Shown: one piece after another, positions 39,160 to 53,226 of the stretch
How positions within the stretch are numbered: the first letter of the stretch is position 1
Layout of the letters: each line of letters begins with the position of its first letter
Source: Octopus sinensis
Taxonomy: Eukaryota
DNA length: 64,000 bases
Direction: 5' to 3'
Assembly: GCF_006345805.1 (NCBI RefSeq)
Contig: NC_043001.1
Coordinates: forward strand, 79,112,001-79,176,000
Translations under genes and position numbers: made by a program
The notes under the pieces: generated by a model
Told to the model about the DNA's origin: nothing
Database searches by the model: none
Seen by the model: only the letters and a program-made list of their open reading frames with translations

Positions 39160-42100
39160 TTACAGATTTATGCTTAAAATAGTGTCGTCTTTCATACTGA
39201 CCATTTTTGCCACTTTTACCCACTTTTTATTAAAACATTCGTTCGATAAAGCCTCCCTCTCTATTCTCATCCTCCTTTTCAAGTGGTACTTGAAAAAGTT
39301 GACGAGAGACTGACCAGAGAGGAAGGTGTTTGTTTGCAGTCCTTTCAAACGTGTCCATCACACATTCTTTCGCCATAGCCATCAGCGTAACGAAAACCGT
39401 TTTCCCTTCCCGTTTAAAGGAAGGTGGTGGAACAATACTCACGATAGACTCGGACGATAGGCGAGCCCGACCTACACGTGACAACAGCTGTTCGACGAAG
39501 GACCACAGCTCTGAAATATCTGGACACTGCACGAGTGCGTGCAGAACGGCTTCGTCGCTCTGACCGCATCTCGAGCAGGTCGGTCCGGTGATGGTTTTCG
39601 AACCGTGTCTGTAGCTCTTCTCTCGAACAGGTAGTGCGTCTCGATAGCACTGCCAAGCCAGGGATTTCTGGAAGTTATCCATAGGCCCCGGCCCGAACAT
39701 GGTCCTGAACAGGCGGGTTAGGAATTTCTCGTCGACGCCCAGGTTTGCCCCGAGTGTGTCGTCGGACCTCCCCTCCACTAGTCCTCTATAGAACGCTTTA
39801 GTCGTTTGTAAGTTGCACAAGTTTAACCCCGGTCGGCAGAGCTTCTGTAGAGCTTGGCGACACTCTCGGTGCCAATCGCCCAGTTTCGGTCTCTTTTTGA
39901 TCCACGTTTGCAGTTCGGTCAGTGAGACGAGCTGCGGGAAGTCGCGCCTCACAAACGGCGCCCACACCTGTTCACCGTCGTTGACGAAGTTCCAGAGATG
40001 TCGCAGTCTCAGCGCATGTCTGCGCATCATCAACCACGGCATGCCCAGTCCTCCATTCAACGGATGTTGACAGCAAATGGACTTCCTCACCATCGGAACG
40101 CCACCCTTCCACAGGAAGCGGAAGAGTATGCGTTCCAGTTTGTTGATGGTGGCGTCGGGACAAGGTACGACGGTCAGGCGGTAATCGATGACGGATGCGA
40201 TGTACGCGTTCGCCACCTCCGCCCGGCCTTTTAGAGACAGCTTTCTCTCGGCCCATGTTTGGCTGAGAGCGACCACTCTACTCGTGATCTCGTCCCAGTT
40301 CTTATCCATTTGGAGGTCCGGACTGAACCAGACCCCGAGCAATTTAACCGGTCCGTCCGTCCAGCGTCCCACTACTGAGCCGCAGTCGGACGGCATGGGC
40401 TTGCTTCTCCAGGTGCCGAGTAGCAAACCCACTGACTTTTCCGGGTTAATCTTTGCTCCCGTCACCGCTTCGTATTTTCTTAGTGTCTCGCCTATCATCT
40501 GGATGTGTTTGTCGCTCGACACTATGACGGTGACATCGTCCGCATATGCCGACACGCTCGTCCCGCAACCCAGTTCCCGTGGGATGCCCCTCAGTGTCGC
40601 CAGCTTCCGCAGTAGCGGCTCGAGAGTCAATACATACAGAAGCGCCGACAGGGGACACCCCTGACGGACCGAACGCGTGATGTCAAACGGTTTCGACAGG
40701 TGACCGTTCACCCGAATCACCGATCGGATGCCGCTATACAAGGCAGCGATCCAACCGCGGAAGATGGGACCGAAGCCAGCCGCCCTGAGGACGGCCGCTA
40801 AGGACCGATGGTCGACCCGATCGAAGGCTTTAGACTGATCCAAATTTATCAGCGCCCCACCCATGCCAGGATCCTTAACTACCCTGTCCACAATGTAGCG
40901 CATCAGATGGAGGTTGTCATGTATGGTTCTGCCCGGCACGGCGCATGTTTGCGCCTTGTCAACTAGTTTCTTGATGACAAGCGCCAACCCCTCGGCTAGC
41001 ACCTTGGCCAAAATTTTCAAATCTGCGTTGAGCAGAGTGATGGGCCTGAAATTATCTATGACGTCCCCCTTGTTTGGGTCTTTCTTAATCAGTGCCACTG
41101 CTCCTCGCTTTACAAAAGCAGGGATACTCCCGTTTTGCTGCGAGTTGCAGTAGACAGCTGCCAAGAGGCCTCCAAACAAGTCTGGCATATGACAATAAAT
41201 TTAGTAGGGCAGACCATTGAAGCCTGGTGACTTGTCTCTCGCGCAGGCCTCCATCGCATCCTGTACGTCCGCAGCTGTGATAGGCCTTTCACAAGTCTAC
41301 ACCTCTCTTGCTGAGAGTCGTGGAAAGGCATGCAGGTAGGCACTAAAGTCTACTCTGCGTTCTGACCCACCGCTTGACCCAAACAGTTGGGTGAAGTGTT
41401 GTTGAAAAGCCCCACACATCCTTTTAGGCTCGAGCAATTCGGGCACCTGTTCATCTGTAAGAGACTTGATGGTGGCTCTGTTGCCTCGTTGCGTCTCCAC
41501 CACTCGGGCCTCTTGGGCGGCTCCAACTCCTTCGTTATTCAGAGCACGCATCCTGGCTCTGACAACGCATCCTTCGTGTTTGGCGCTGAGGTGTTGGTCG
41601 AGGGCCAATCTCGCTGCCAGTACGTTGGACGCGATGCCAGTTCTAAGTGCCTCTTCTAAAACCTTAACTAAGTCTCCCTCTATTCTATTTCGGTCTAATG
41701 CTAGGGCTTTACTGTATCTGACTGATTCTGCTTTAATTGCTTTTTTTTAGGGCATACCACCATCTGTTGTTGATGATGGTACCCGTCAAAGCTCTCTTAA
41801 CTAATGTGCTGATCCGGTCTCTGTAAACCTGTCGTCCTGTAAAAGACGCGTTCAGTTTCCAGTAACCAGGACCCTGCCTATGTGTCTTATCTAAGTCAAG
41901 TGTACAAGTCACAAACTTGTGAACTGTGTAACTGACTATATGAAATTGTGGACAACCTACACTATTTTTATCTATTGTCCTACAGAATACTCTATCTAAG
42001 TATGATCTGGACGACCCGATACGGTTCCTCCATGTCCACATTGGCACATTCGGGTGGTCCAGTCGGTACCTGTCAGACAGTTGGAAACGTCTGAGCAGGT

Positions 42101-42599
42101 CTTTGAGGCATTTGCATCCCCTTCTATTGCTATCTCTGCCCACGTAGTCTAGATGCGTGTCCAGGGTGGCATTCCAATCCCCCACTAAAAGTAAAGGACG
42201 AGACGTTCCCATGAAAGACTCTAGACGTCGAAAGAAATCTGGTCGGCCTGTTAAGGACGGTGCATAAACTGTTATCAGTCGAAAAGCACACTCATTGCTG
42301 CCATCGACATCCAAAACGACCAGCCTACCCTCCGGGTCTAGGAAAATTGCTCTTACTTTGAGGTCCAGACTCTTCCGGAGAAGCACCGCGGTGCCACCTC
42401 CGCCCATTCTCGGTAGACATGGAGAAAAATAAATGTTGAAATGTGTGCCGAACATGTGCTGGAGTGCCCACGAGCTGTGGAGTTTGGTCTCACTGATGGC
42501 TATGATATGCAGATTTAGTGACTTGATATCATTTAACAGGTAGCCTTGTTTCCAAGGCGACCCCAAGCCACGTACATTTATACTGCCTATTTTGAGCAT
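39160..42599 (-). pseudogene. Tx1 ORF2: APE endonuclease, reverse transcriptase and C-terminal zinc finger (~1,146 aa when reconstructed)
   Basis: IGSINVRGL, ISETK, LVGDWNA, SYLDR (APE); KSPG.NGLPY*IY, FRPITLLNADLKILAK, LDQSKAFDRV, VRQGCPLS, AYADD (RT); CSRC...H...C. Lesions: +1 in the A8 run at 41741-41748, TAG at 41297-41299, TAA at 41201-41203, and a frameshift near 39358. Confidence 0.93.
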
Positions 42600-42665
42600 G
42601 TTCCTATAAAAAATTGTTTTACACACGAAAAGAAAGTGCAAAAAAAGAAAGAGAGAGAGAAAAGG

Positions 42666-44795
42666 TTACTTGTTGTCCGAAAGTCCTTTGTTTTTTACCT
42701 CACAGTCTTCTCCCATGAGGTTTTTATACAGTTTCTTTGATAAATATTTTTGAAATCTCCCTACTGCATCAGGGTAGAGAGATTTCAGGGTGCTGTGTGT
42801 ATTCTGTGTTACATGTATTATTTTAATGTGTTGTGGTGGTGTTGTGCGTGGGTGGTTATTTGTTTTTATGTCGTTTTCAGTTATGTTGGTGTTTGACCTA
42901 ATGTATTCCATTAGGTCGTGGTTGTTTGTGTTCATGGCTATCAACATTGTTGGGGGGTTTGATGATGGTGTGTTTGTGTTGATGTGTTCGTTTTCTGTGG
43001 ATGTTTTTGTTTCGGGAGTGGTGAATCTTCCTGCTTTGTCTGTTATCTTTTGTATTCTTTTTTCCCCCTTTTCTCCTCCCCCCTGTGGCTATTTGCCAAT
43101 CTTCTGTGTCTTCTTCATCTAATGACAAGTCAGAGGAATCTGAGAGTGGGAGGGGAAAAGTATTGGGATCTATTTTAGACTGTGTTGATTTTGTTGTTGG
43201 TGTTGGTTGGTGAGCGTTAGGTTGTGGTGCATGGGGTTTTGGAGGTGGGGTGTGGGTATTTTGTGTTTGAGGGATTGTAGGTATTGTTGTGTTGTTTGGG
43301 GTGTCAGTTTTGTGGGGATTTGGAGTGGTATTGTTTCTTCATTTTCGATGCTTGTCTTTTTGGTAGATATTCTTGGTTTGGGAGTTGGTTTATTCTTGAT
43401 TGTTGTTGTTGGTGATCTTTCTATTCTTGCTGCAGTTGGTGGTGTTGTTTGGTTGGTTGGGTAGGTTTGTTTTTTGTTAATTTTCTGTGATTAGTCCTGT
43501 TAGTGCAAACTGTGGTGTTGGTAGTAAAGCTGGCTTTTTTGTTTTTTCCGGCAGCTGTTGTTGTTGCTGTTGTTTTCTTGCGGCAGATTTGCAATCTTTT
43601 TTTTAGACGTTGCTCACTGCCGCATATGTAGCAACGTGGTCTTCTGCCATCGACGACCACATACAACATGTGGTTTTCTGATACACATATCTGGGTGGGT
43701 ATTTTCTTGATAACATCTTGGTTGATGTGTAGTAGAAATTCTACTCTTTTTCCCACCCAGTTTTTGTGTTCCGTGACCGTAGTTTGTAAAATTGTGAAAT
43801 CTTCTATTTCCACACATATGGCTGTTGCTAGCCATAGATTATTCGCTATTTTTGGAACATTGTTTAAAGTGATCTTAGTCACTTTCTGTCCACGATAGCT
43901 TGGTATTAATGTGAGTCCATCTGAATGAAGAGTTAGCGTTGAGAAACGTTTTGCTAACTCTTCAGTGTGGAAAACCACTTGTATATGCGCGAACTTGTTC
44001 CACCATTTCACATACTCTTTGAAATTCCAGATGGGTTTCAAGCATTTTTCGATTTAGCTTGTGTTAGCCTTCTCTGGACTTTTTGTTTTCTTATTAATTA
44101 TTTTATATATAATAGTTCATTTTTTTCATTTTCTAATATTTGTTGTGGTATGTTTATTTTTACCATGCCATCTTCTTTTGTTATTAAAACTTTGGTATCT
44201 TTTATCTGTTGTGCACTAATAGATACTGTTGTCTTTTTTCTTTTATCACCTCGGCGAAATTTGTTGTTGTTTTGTTATTGTTGTTGCTGGTGGTGATGTT
44301 GTTGTTGGCTGCAGTTGGTAAAGTCGGTGAATTTGGTTTGATTGTGCAAGTAGGAAGGGGTGGAAAAATACTTGCATAGTTTGTCCCTGCGTTTGAGCAG
44401 CTTTCGTCAATTTGTTTGGTGGTCACAGTCTTTTGTTTATCTCCTTCAGTTCTTGGTGTTGGAGGAAACAAGGTCTGAACGGAATTGTTGTTGTTGTTGT
44501 TGTTTTTGTTGTTGGTGTTGGCGGTGGTGTCAGTGGCAGAAGAGACAGCCGTGGCAGCAGATATCGAAATGGTGGGGCAATTGTTGTTATTCTTGTTGTC
44601 ATTGTTATTGTTGTTGTTGTTGGTAGTTGAAGTAGTGGATGTGGTGGTGGTGGTGGTGGTGGTGGTGGTGGAGGCGGTGGTGGTAGCAGTAGTAGTCTCG
44701 TTGTTGTTGTTGTTAGTGGTGGTGGTGGTGACATGACTGTTACCGCAAGTGGTTGCAGCGTTCACCACCACGTCACTCAGGTTTGTCTTTGTCAA
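42666..44795 (-). pseudogene. Tx1 ORF1 (gag-like), fragmented
   Basis: Low-complexity Thr/Asn N-terminus; HIQVVFHTEELAKRF (RRM-like); CYICGSEQRLKKDC after removing one A from the A8 run at 43597-43604 (CX2CX4[H>R]X4C knuckle); Lys/Asn/Thr-rich C-terminus. Confidence 0.75.
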
Positions 44796-45101
44796 ATGTG
44801 TGTGCGGGCATAAGTTCTTTTTTCTCCTAGCGTTTCAAGTCTAGGAAAATGCTGGACCATAAAGGAACGCGACCAGCGTTCTACAATAACATTTCTCGAC
44901 ATTTTTTAATGTCGAGAAGAAAAATACGCAAATTAAATAGGGTTGAAACTGCCCCTAGGGGCGAATTCCTCCCTTGGAAAAGCACTCAAACGAAAGTTGG
45001 GTGCCTTACACACCTTATTTACAAAAATGTACACAAAATATGGGCTATAAATAGTCAAAATAAACGATTACCTTCGGAGCCGAGGCAACAACACGTCAGT
45101 C

Positions 45102-45147
<46 letters not shown>

Positions 45148-45177
45148 CAGATAGATAGATAGATAGATAGATAAAAG

Positions 45178-45260
<83 letters not shown>

Positions 45261-45284
45261 GGATAGATAGATAGATAGATAAAC

Positions 45285-45370
<86 letters not shown>

Positions 45371-45380
45371 ATAGATAGAT
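45102..45380. repeat. (GATA)n array, 5' flank of the Tx1 element
   Basis: Visible directly. Confidence 0.95.
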
Positions 45381-47466
45381 TAAGCTGATCGTTTTATAGA
45401 AGTTTTTATTATTAATAATTTCAAATCCAGACATTCAATATTGATTACTATGTCGAAACGCGGGATGTACCAGGATAAATTTGAGCTTCAATGGAATGCT
45501 TGTTTTAAATGAAATCTTTACACCAAATTAAATAGCTTTAATAATTGGTTTTGAAGAATCATTTTCCAACTTGTAGAGTAGTTTATGAGCAAATAAAGTT
45601 ATCTCGTTTCTCATATGTCTCGAGTTTGTCTGAAACATTTTATAAACATGAATGGTGCTCCAGCATGACCACATGGCTGAAACGAGTAAAGGAGTAAAAG
45701 AGTAAATTAGAAAAGATGTATTGCATCTTTGGCAAAACTCAGATATATTGTTTTTTGGTTTCTTTTCACCGCCTGCCTATATTTAATCACAGTTTAGCAT
45801 ATAGTGTTGGAGATAATTGCAATGATTTTTAATTAGATGGATGGACAGGAATACATATTACTTATTATGAGATTTACATATAAAGTTTATGTTAATGTTA
45901 GTGTGTTTGTTAATAAGAAGGTGTAACTGAAAAGCAATTAGCTGTGATAAAGTTCTTGGCAATTTATATTTATTATACCAGGCCGCAAGCTGGGAGAATC
46001 GTTAGCACACCGGGTACAATGCTTAGCGACACTTCGTCTGTTCTGAATTCAAATTCTAGTCGTGGTCGACTTTGCTTTCGTCCAACTGGAATCGATAAAG
46101 TAAGTGCCAGTTCGCTGAAGAGGCCACTGCATAAGTGACGAAAGAACTTTGACAAAGAAAATAAAAATAATTGTAATAAAACTAAAATGAAGATCAAATG
46201 AATAGTGCGAGTGGTTAATTGGCAAATGATGATGACTCCCAAGTATAATATTTATTTCAACACACGGTTTCACATCAAGAATCTTGCAGCGCAATTGTAT
46301 AAATGTAATATCTTACATCAGTTACTTGTTAATTTCTTGGATTGCAGTCATGCTGGAGCACCGACTTAAGGGATCTTGTCGAACAAATATTCCTCAGGTG
46401 CGGTACTTATACAAGCAGACTCTTTACGAGAACTGAAATTTACCGGGACGTAAGCGGACTTACACCAGTTGTCAAACAATAGTGTGGTTAAACACAAAGA
46501 CACATACACACAGATACTCACATACGCATGCACAAAATACGATTATATACATGGCAGACTTCTACACAGCTTTCGTCTACCAAATTCACTCACACAGCAT
46601 TAGTTGCTTCTCGGCTACAGTAAATCAACCCAAAGCACGTAATTTGCTTTGCTTTGCTTTGTCTTAATATATCCAAACTTTGCTGTGCTTTGCTTTGTCT
46701 TAATGTATCGAAACCAATCTATGTATGTCACAAAATATTTATTCGCTTAAACATTGTGTCATGTATACCTAGGATACGTAGAATATCTCTGTTATTCCTG
46801 CCGCGGGACTCATTATTGCCGATGAATGACCTTCACATGACTGAGTTTTCGTTCCAGACAAAAAGGTAGCGTTATTCAATCGCGCATAATATGCCTCCTA
46901 CGAGCTGAAATAGACGTGTCCTTTGTGCTCACAAATCTTTAGCCATCTAATGTTGAGTTAAACTTAAAATTTTATATTTATAGGAATTTTTTGCGTAATA
47001 AGATAAAAATCCAAGGCTGTGTAGATATTAGAGCATTTATAGATAGAAAGTCTTACAGCTGATTTTAGGATATTAAATCCCTTCATCGGAGACGGTGCGG
47101 TATGAGAGTATAGTTACGTCATAGTTAGCTTAGATGTGATACAAAATAAAGAGTGAGGTGGAGGAAATAATATAAATGCAAGATATGTATGGGTATTGAA
47201 GTTGTAAGTCCATTTCTTAGGCATAATGGTATATATGTAAAATTCCAATATCCTATGAGTAAAGTCCAAAAGTCCAACAGAGTTTAAAATGAGTCCTTCC
47301 AAATATAGAGTTTATAAGCAATGTAAGATTCCCTTATGAGTGAGAATCAGCAGATTTTTAAACTTGGTCATTAGAGTTTATATACAGTGTTGCAGAGTCA
47401 AAGGTTTTTATTTAAATAATATATATGTCTGTATGTGTATATATACATATATATACATACACATAC

Positions 47467-47559
<93 letters not shown>

Positions 47560-47561
<2 letters not shown>

Positions 47562-48238
47562 CGCAGGCGTGGCTGTGTGGTAGGAAGCTTGCTTTCAGGC
47601 ACATGGTTCCGGGTTCAGTCCAACTGTATGTTGCCTTGGGTAAATGTTTTATACTATAGCCCCAGACTCGACCAACGCCTGGTGAAGCGATTTGGTAGAC
47701 GGAAATTGAAAGCAGCCTGTCGTATGATTGTAAAGGGTAAAGACCCCCTTCGGTCATGAATGACCATGGGATTGCACCTAGAAAGTTACCCTCCTAGACA
47801 CAAGTCCGGGCAAGGTTGTTTATGGAAGACCAGCAGTCGCCCATGCATACCAGCCTCCCCTCTCCACGCCACCAGTGTTATCCAAGGGAAAGACAAAGGT
47901 CGATACAGCTTGGCACCAGTGACGTCGCAACTCATTTCTACAGCTGAGTGAACTGGAGCAACGTGAAATAAAGTGCCTTGCTCAAGAACACAACACGCAG
48001 CCGTGTATGTGTGAGTGTTTGTGTTCTTGTGTCGATGATTGCCTCGCACCAGCACTGCCGTTTGACAACTGGTACTGTTATGTTTAAGTCCCTGTAACTT
48101 AGCGGCTCGACATAAAAGACAGTTAGAATAAGTCGTAGGTCTCAAACAATAAGTATTGTGGTTGATACACCATGATGGCTAGAGGATAGCTGCAGGATGC
48201 CCCAGGATCGCTGCAGTCACGTGATTGACAAAAGTAGA
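47560..48238 (+). mobile_element. SINE B interrupted at its internal microsatellite position by an antisense SINE C (47730-48003)
   Basis: The family B head runs to GCCTGTCGTA (47724), family C follows on the minus strand, and the family B 3' half resumes at 48004. Confidence 0.75.
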
Positions 48239-48245
48239 TGATATA

Positions 48246-48283
<38 letters not shown>

Positions 48284-48298
48284 TATATATAATATATA

Positions 48299-48339
<41 letters not shown>

Positions 48340-48469
48340 TAACACATAAGTACATGCATAAATACAGCGCCACATATCCACATTTATGTGCCTAATAGAA
48401 GTTTTAAGATGTAGAGTCTGATATCTATCTGTCTATCTGTCTGTCTGTCTCTCTCACTCTGTCTCTCTG

Positions 48470-48957
<488 letters not shown>

Positions 48958-49915
48958 GCACAGAGACATTCACACACACTTATTCGTGTCAGTCTGCGAG
49001 TTCTCCTGCAATACTTTGGTCTGAAAACGAATTTGATAGATATTCCGCCAATTTCCATCAAAAGGAATTGTATATTACACAATACCGTTATCAAAGATGT
49101 TAAGCAATTCAGCATTGCTAAAAATAAACAAAAATCTAATAAAATTAGACGTCGAATCGGATTAAATGTCTATTAGGTAACTCTACAGAGTGAGTAACAA
49201 TCCTTTGTTTTAGAAGTCACCACAGCAGTGAATTAACTCATGAATGACAAACTTTCAAGTGAAAGAGGAGTGTGCAGATTTAATTAATGGCCAAATAATC
49301 GTTGTAAAATTAGTATCATTGAACTGAGTTAGACACATACACACACACACACATTCATACACGCAGGTACAAAAATACGCACAGGCATATATGTGTGTGT
49401 GTTTCTAGATATTTATGTGTGTAGAGGCACATGGCTTAGTGGTTAGCGTGTTATGGACTCATGTTCGTATGATTGTGGATTCGATTCCTCGATCAGGTAA
49501 CACATTTTGTTCTAGAGCAAAAGTTTTTTATTTCGTGTAGCTCCGGTCCACTGTACTGACAAACATCAGTTCAGACTACGACGAAGAGGCGTTCCGTCCT
49601 ACGGGAAATTTTGCGCCAAGGAAACCGGAAAACCAGCCCCAGATGCCTATATGACTCAGCAAGGTTCTTTATACTTTTATCCTATATACATATATATATA
49701 TACATGCGTATATATATCTTATATACATATATATATATACATGCGTATAATAATACATATATATATATACATACGTATACTAAGTGGATATCCAATATGT
49801 TAGAAAAAGATCATCTACGATCTAACTACGAAGAAATGAATGTTCTCTAGAGAAATTCAGCAAACACGAGAACAACAGCGGGTAAGACAGATGAAAATAT
49901 ACAAAATACAGAATT

Positions 49916-49987
49916 AATCCTAGACCGGTTTCGCTATCAACGATATTTACTCACGTAATTCTCGTCCGTGGACTCTTCAATAAGATC
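49916..49987 (-). ncRNA. Type I hammerhead-like motif
   Basis: Minus strand reads GATCTTA-TTGAAGA-G...C-GAAA-CCGG-TC-TAGGATT. Stem I has 7 bp with two G-U pairs; the core has C3U; stem II is weak. Confidence 0.5.
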
Positions 49988-50536
49988 GTTCCAATTAAAT
50001 ATAATTTATACAACTGTACACGAGCTGTCCTCATAAAACTAGACGTGTGTATAGTTTAAATTTTAAGTATAAACATTTATAAATTTCACACGCACACACA
50101 TACACACACACACACACACACGCACACACATGTATATATATATGTACATTTATACTATATATATATATATATGTACGAGCTGTACAAGAGTCTCCAAATA
50201 ATTAGCTCGAAAATAATATAGAGGAGATTGAGGTTAGCTGAACAAGTATCACCGTCAATCAGAGTTGATGATTCACTCAGAGCTCCTGTCGGAATTCCTA
50301 CACGTACACACTAGTAGAGGGAGACCGACGATGACATATTATTTTAGTCAGTCATTTGATTGCGACCATGCTGGAGCGCCGCCCTTAGTCGAGCACATCG
50401 ACCACTGGACTTATTCGTTGTAATCCTAGTATTTATTCTATCGGTTGTCTTTCGCCGAACCGCGAAGTTACGGGGACGTAAACAGACCAGCATCGGTTGT
50501 CAAGCGATGGTGGGGGACAAGCACATATTTATATAC

Positions 50537-50567
<31 letters not shown>

Positions 50568-50666
50568 CATATTATATATATATATACATACATACATGCG
50601 TATACATACATATATATATGTATATATATATGCATATATATACATATATGTATATAACATATATAT

Positions 50667-50722
<56 letters not shown>

Positions 50723-50802
50723 TATATATTTATATATATATACATATATATGTATATATATTATATATATATGTATATGTATATATATATATAACATACA
50801 TA

Positions 50803-50946
50803 TAAGTGGGTTGACCACTAAGTGGACATCCATTATACTAGAAGTAGACCGCCAAATTTTCTTGAGAACAATCCTTTTTTAGTGGTAAGACCATAGGGGG
50901 TCTACTTCTTGCATAATTGATGTCCACCTATTGGTCATCCCTCTGA
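50803..50946. mobile_element. Small fold-back MITE-like element in a TA tract
   Basis: 42-bp arms at 50809-50850 and 50899-50940 (6 mismatches), 48-nt loop, TA-rich flanks. Confidence 0.6.
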
Positions 50947-51112
50947 TATATATGTAGTATAATTTTTCTGAATCTTCAGATTTTTGAATATGCTAAACCA
51001 CTGATTTTAAATTGATATTAATCAAATTAATATTCAATTTTTCACCCTTATTATGTTATATTTCTATATCTATCTATGTATCTATCAATCTATCTATCTA
51101 TCTATCTCTCTC

Positions 51113-51181
<69 letters not shown>

Positions 51182-51264
51182 TCATCTATCTATCTATCTG
51201 TCTGTCTATCTATATATATATATATAAATATATGAAAGAATGGAGTTGAACGACGAATTAACAA

Positions 51265-51367
51265 AATTCCTTTATTTTCGACATATGTTTCGAAGGCTGC
51301 ATATTCCTAATTGCGAAGAAATAAGGAGTATATTATGCCGCTTTCTCATCAGGAAATGCAAGGAACT
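51265..51367 (-). ncRNA. Type I hammerhead ribozyme (inverted pLTR copy)
   Basis: Reverse complement of the copy at 53227-53329, with an intact core. Confidence 0.8.
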
Positions 51368-51394
51368 TATGTCAACATCAAGATGCACAAAAAA

Positions 51395-51941
51395 GCGGAA
51401 TTTTATAATACCGCCCTGTCAAAAGCCGGTTATAGGAATAAGGTATCATATATCGCCCCGGCCCATTCTAAACTAATATTTACCTCTCAGGATAAGAAAA
51501 CTGATAACAATAGAAATAATGTAATTACTGATTTCAACCCTAGCAACGTCGACACTAATATAATTAACAAAAATAATGTACGGACCAGGGGAGGCAATCG
51601 AAAACCAACACCAATTCTACAACACAGAAATACTCCCTTTAATGTAAATGTTAGCACTCTGAGCTATTCTAAGTCCAAAAAAAACTATATCTGGTTTGTC
51701 ATTCCTTTCGGGAAACAAATCAGGTCTAACCTCCCTTTACAATTCCGTGAAGCCGTAGCTAGGAACTTTCCCAGGAATTCTAGGTATTACTCTACCATCA
51801 ATTCGCATAAGGTGAGGATTGCATTTTCCAACCCTAGAAACGAAACCTATCGCAGTTAATTGCCTCCCATAATAATACGCTGTTAAATAAGGATTCATCA
51901 CCCAGGAGTAGCGACACTGCCCTTACCAATTCCAACCTAAC

Positions 51942-52001
<60 letters not shown>

Positions 52002-52656
52002 GATAAACAGTATTGATATTAGCAACATTCATAGCAGCACTGGCGTTAACAATAGTAATAATGATAATAATATTAGCCAGATTATTAACAGTGGTGGTGT
52101 TAGTGGTAATAATAACAGCATTTCTAATAACAGTTGTAAAATTGATGATAACAGTCCCAGCATTCCTATAGTCAGAGAAATTGCCGACGATATTACAATT
52201 AATAGTAATGATAATAAGATGAATAGTATCGTGGCCAATGCTAGCAACATTAAAGTTCTAGCAACTATTAAAGTTTCTATCCAAAAATTCCAAAATTAGA
52301 AACACCATTTACCAGTGCAAAATTTCTTCGAGAACCGATGTCTTCTTCTACATTGGAGCAACTTCTTCTAAATTAGCCCAAACCATTACTCAACTTTCAG
52401 AGATAAGAGAAAACAACACAGCACGGAACTAAGTAAATTAGTTTGGCGTCTGAAGGACAGCAATACAACTTTTAAACTGGAATGGTCTATATTGTCGGTA
52501 TCCTTCCCGTTTGGCAAGGGCAGAAAACATTGCGGCGTCTGTAATTCCGAACTTTTCCATATTTTGTTCGCCAAAGTCCCTTTAATAAATACAATCATCG
52601 AGAGGTCCTACAGATGCATGTGCTGGCAAAAACACACCTTCCAATCATATGAATAA
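51395..52656 (+). pseudogene. PLE ORF 3' part (thumb, Asn-rich linker, GIY-YIG), frameshifted
   Basis: FYNTALSKAGY, KKNYIWFVIPFGKQIRSN...NFP...INSHKVRIAFS, IYQC..FFYIGAT, HSTELSKLVWRLK...LEWSIL, CGVCNSE and RCMCWQKH. These motifs fit my recollection of Naiad/Chlamys PLEs. Confidence 0.8.
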
Positions 52657-53226
52657 TGATTAATATAGATAGCCCCTTGAATTTTAATTAATATAACTCT
52701 TTTTTATATATTTCACCCCCCCATAGTCAAAAAATTCTTTTTATACTTTCAAAGAACTACTACTCAATCCAGTGAGTATGTGTTACCTTTGTCCCTATAC
52801 CTCGCCCTCTTCTTTTTCTCTCTTTTTCCCTCTATCTATAGTAAGCACATTTAAACACACAGACACAAACCGTTCACCTCAACACTGTCTGTTTTCTGAC
52901 ACCCACCCATCCACAAACACAATCACGCACACACATACACACACACACATTTATGCCGTTATATACAGTCACACACACAGACACTCACTCACAAAAGAAA
53001 ATTCACCATTCATTTGAACTGCACCCTTTCACCTTCCTATTCTTATGCCTCTCTTCTGCTACTTCGTTTGAACCCTTGAACCTTTAGAACCTTCTAGATT
53101 ATTCTACATCAAACCATTTTGACGTCACTCCTTATAAAGGAATTTTTTAAAGAGACACCCATTTTCACTATGGGCTCCGTGTGAGCAGTCATCTAAAAGT
53201 TTTTTGTGCATCTTGATGTTGACATA

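Larger units (their letters stand above)
38866..45101 (-). mobile_element. Near-full-length Tx1-like (L1 clade) non-LTR retrotransposon, ~6.2 kb
   Basis: 5' UTR, then ORF1 (RRM-like region and zinc knuckle), ORF2 (APE, RT, zf-RVT) and a 3' UTR ending CAATAAAAAGT. Both ends abut (GATA)n. Confidence 0.93.

Noticed and set aside
46113-46155. CTGAAGAG...CGAAAG after a SINE
   Set aside because: Stem II is poor and stem I does not pair.
46790-46920. Candidate exons with good-looking splice signals (also 6893-7100 and 37200-37300)
   Set aside because: Stop codons in all usable frames, or the donor site comes from a MITE terminus.
51395-52656. Selenocysteine recoding, reported for some Naiad elements
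   Set aside because: No in-frame TGA at Cys positions in the readable GIY-YIG frame, and no SECIS identified.
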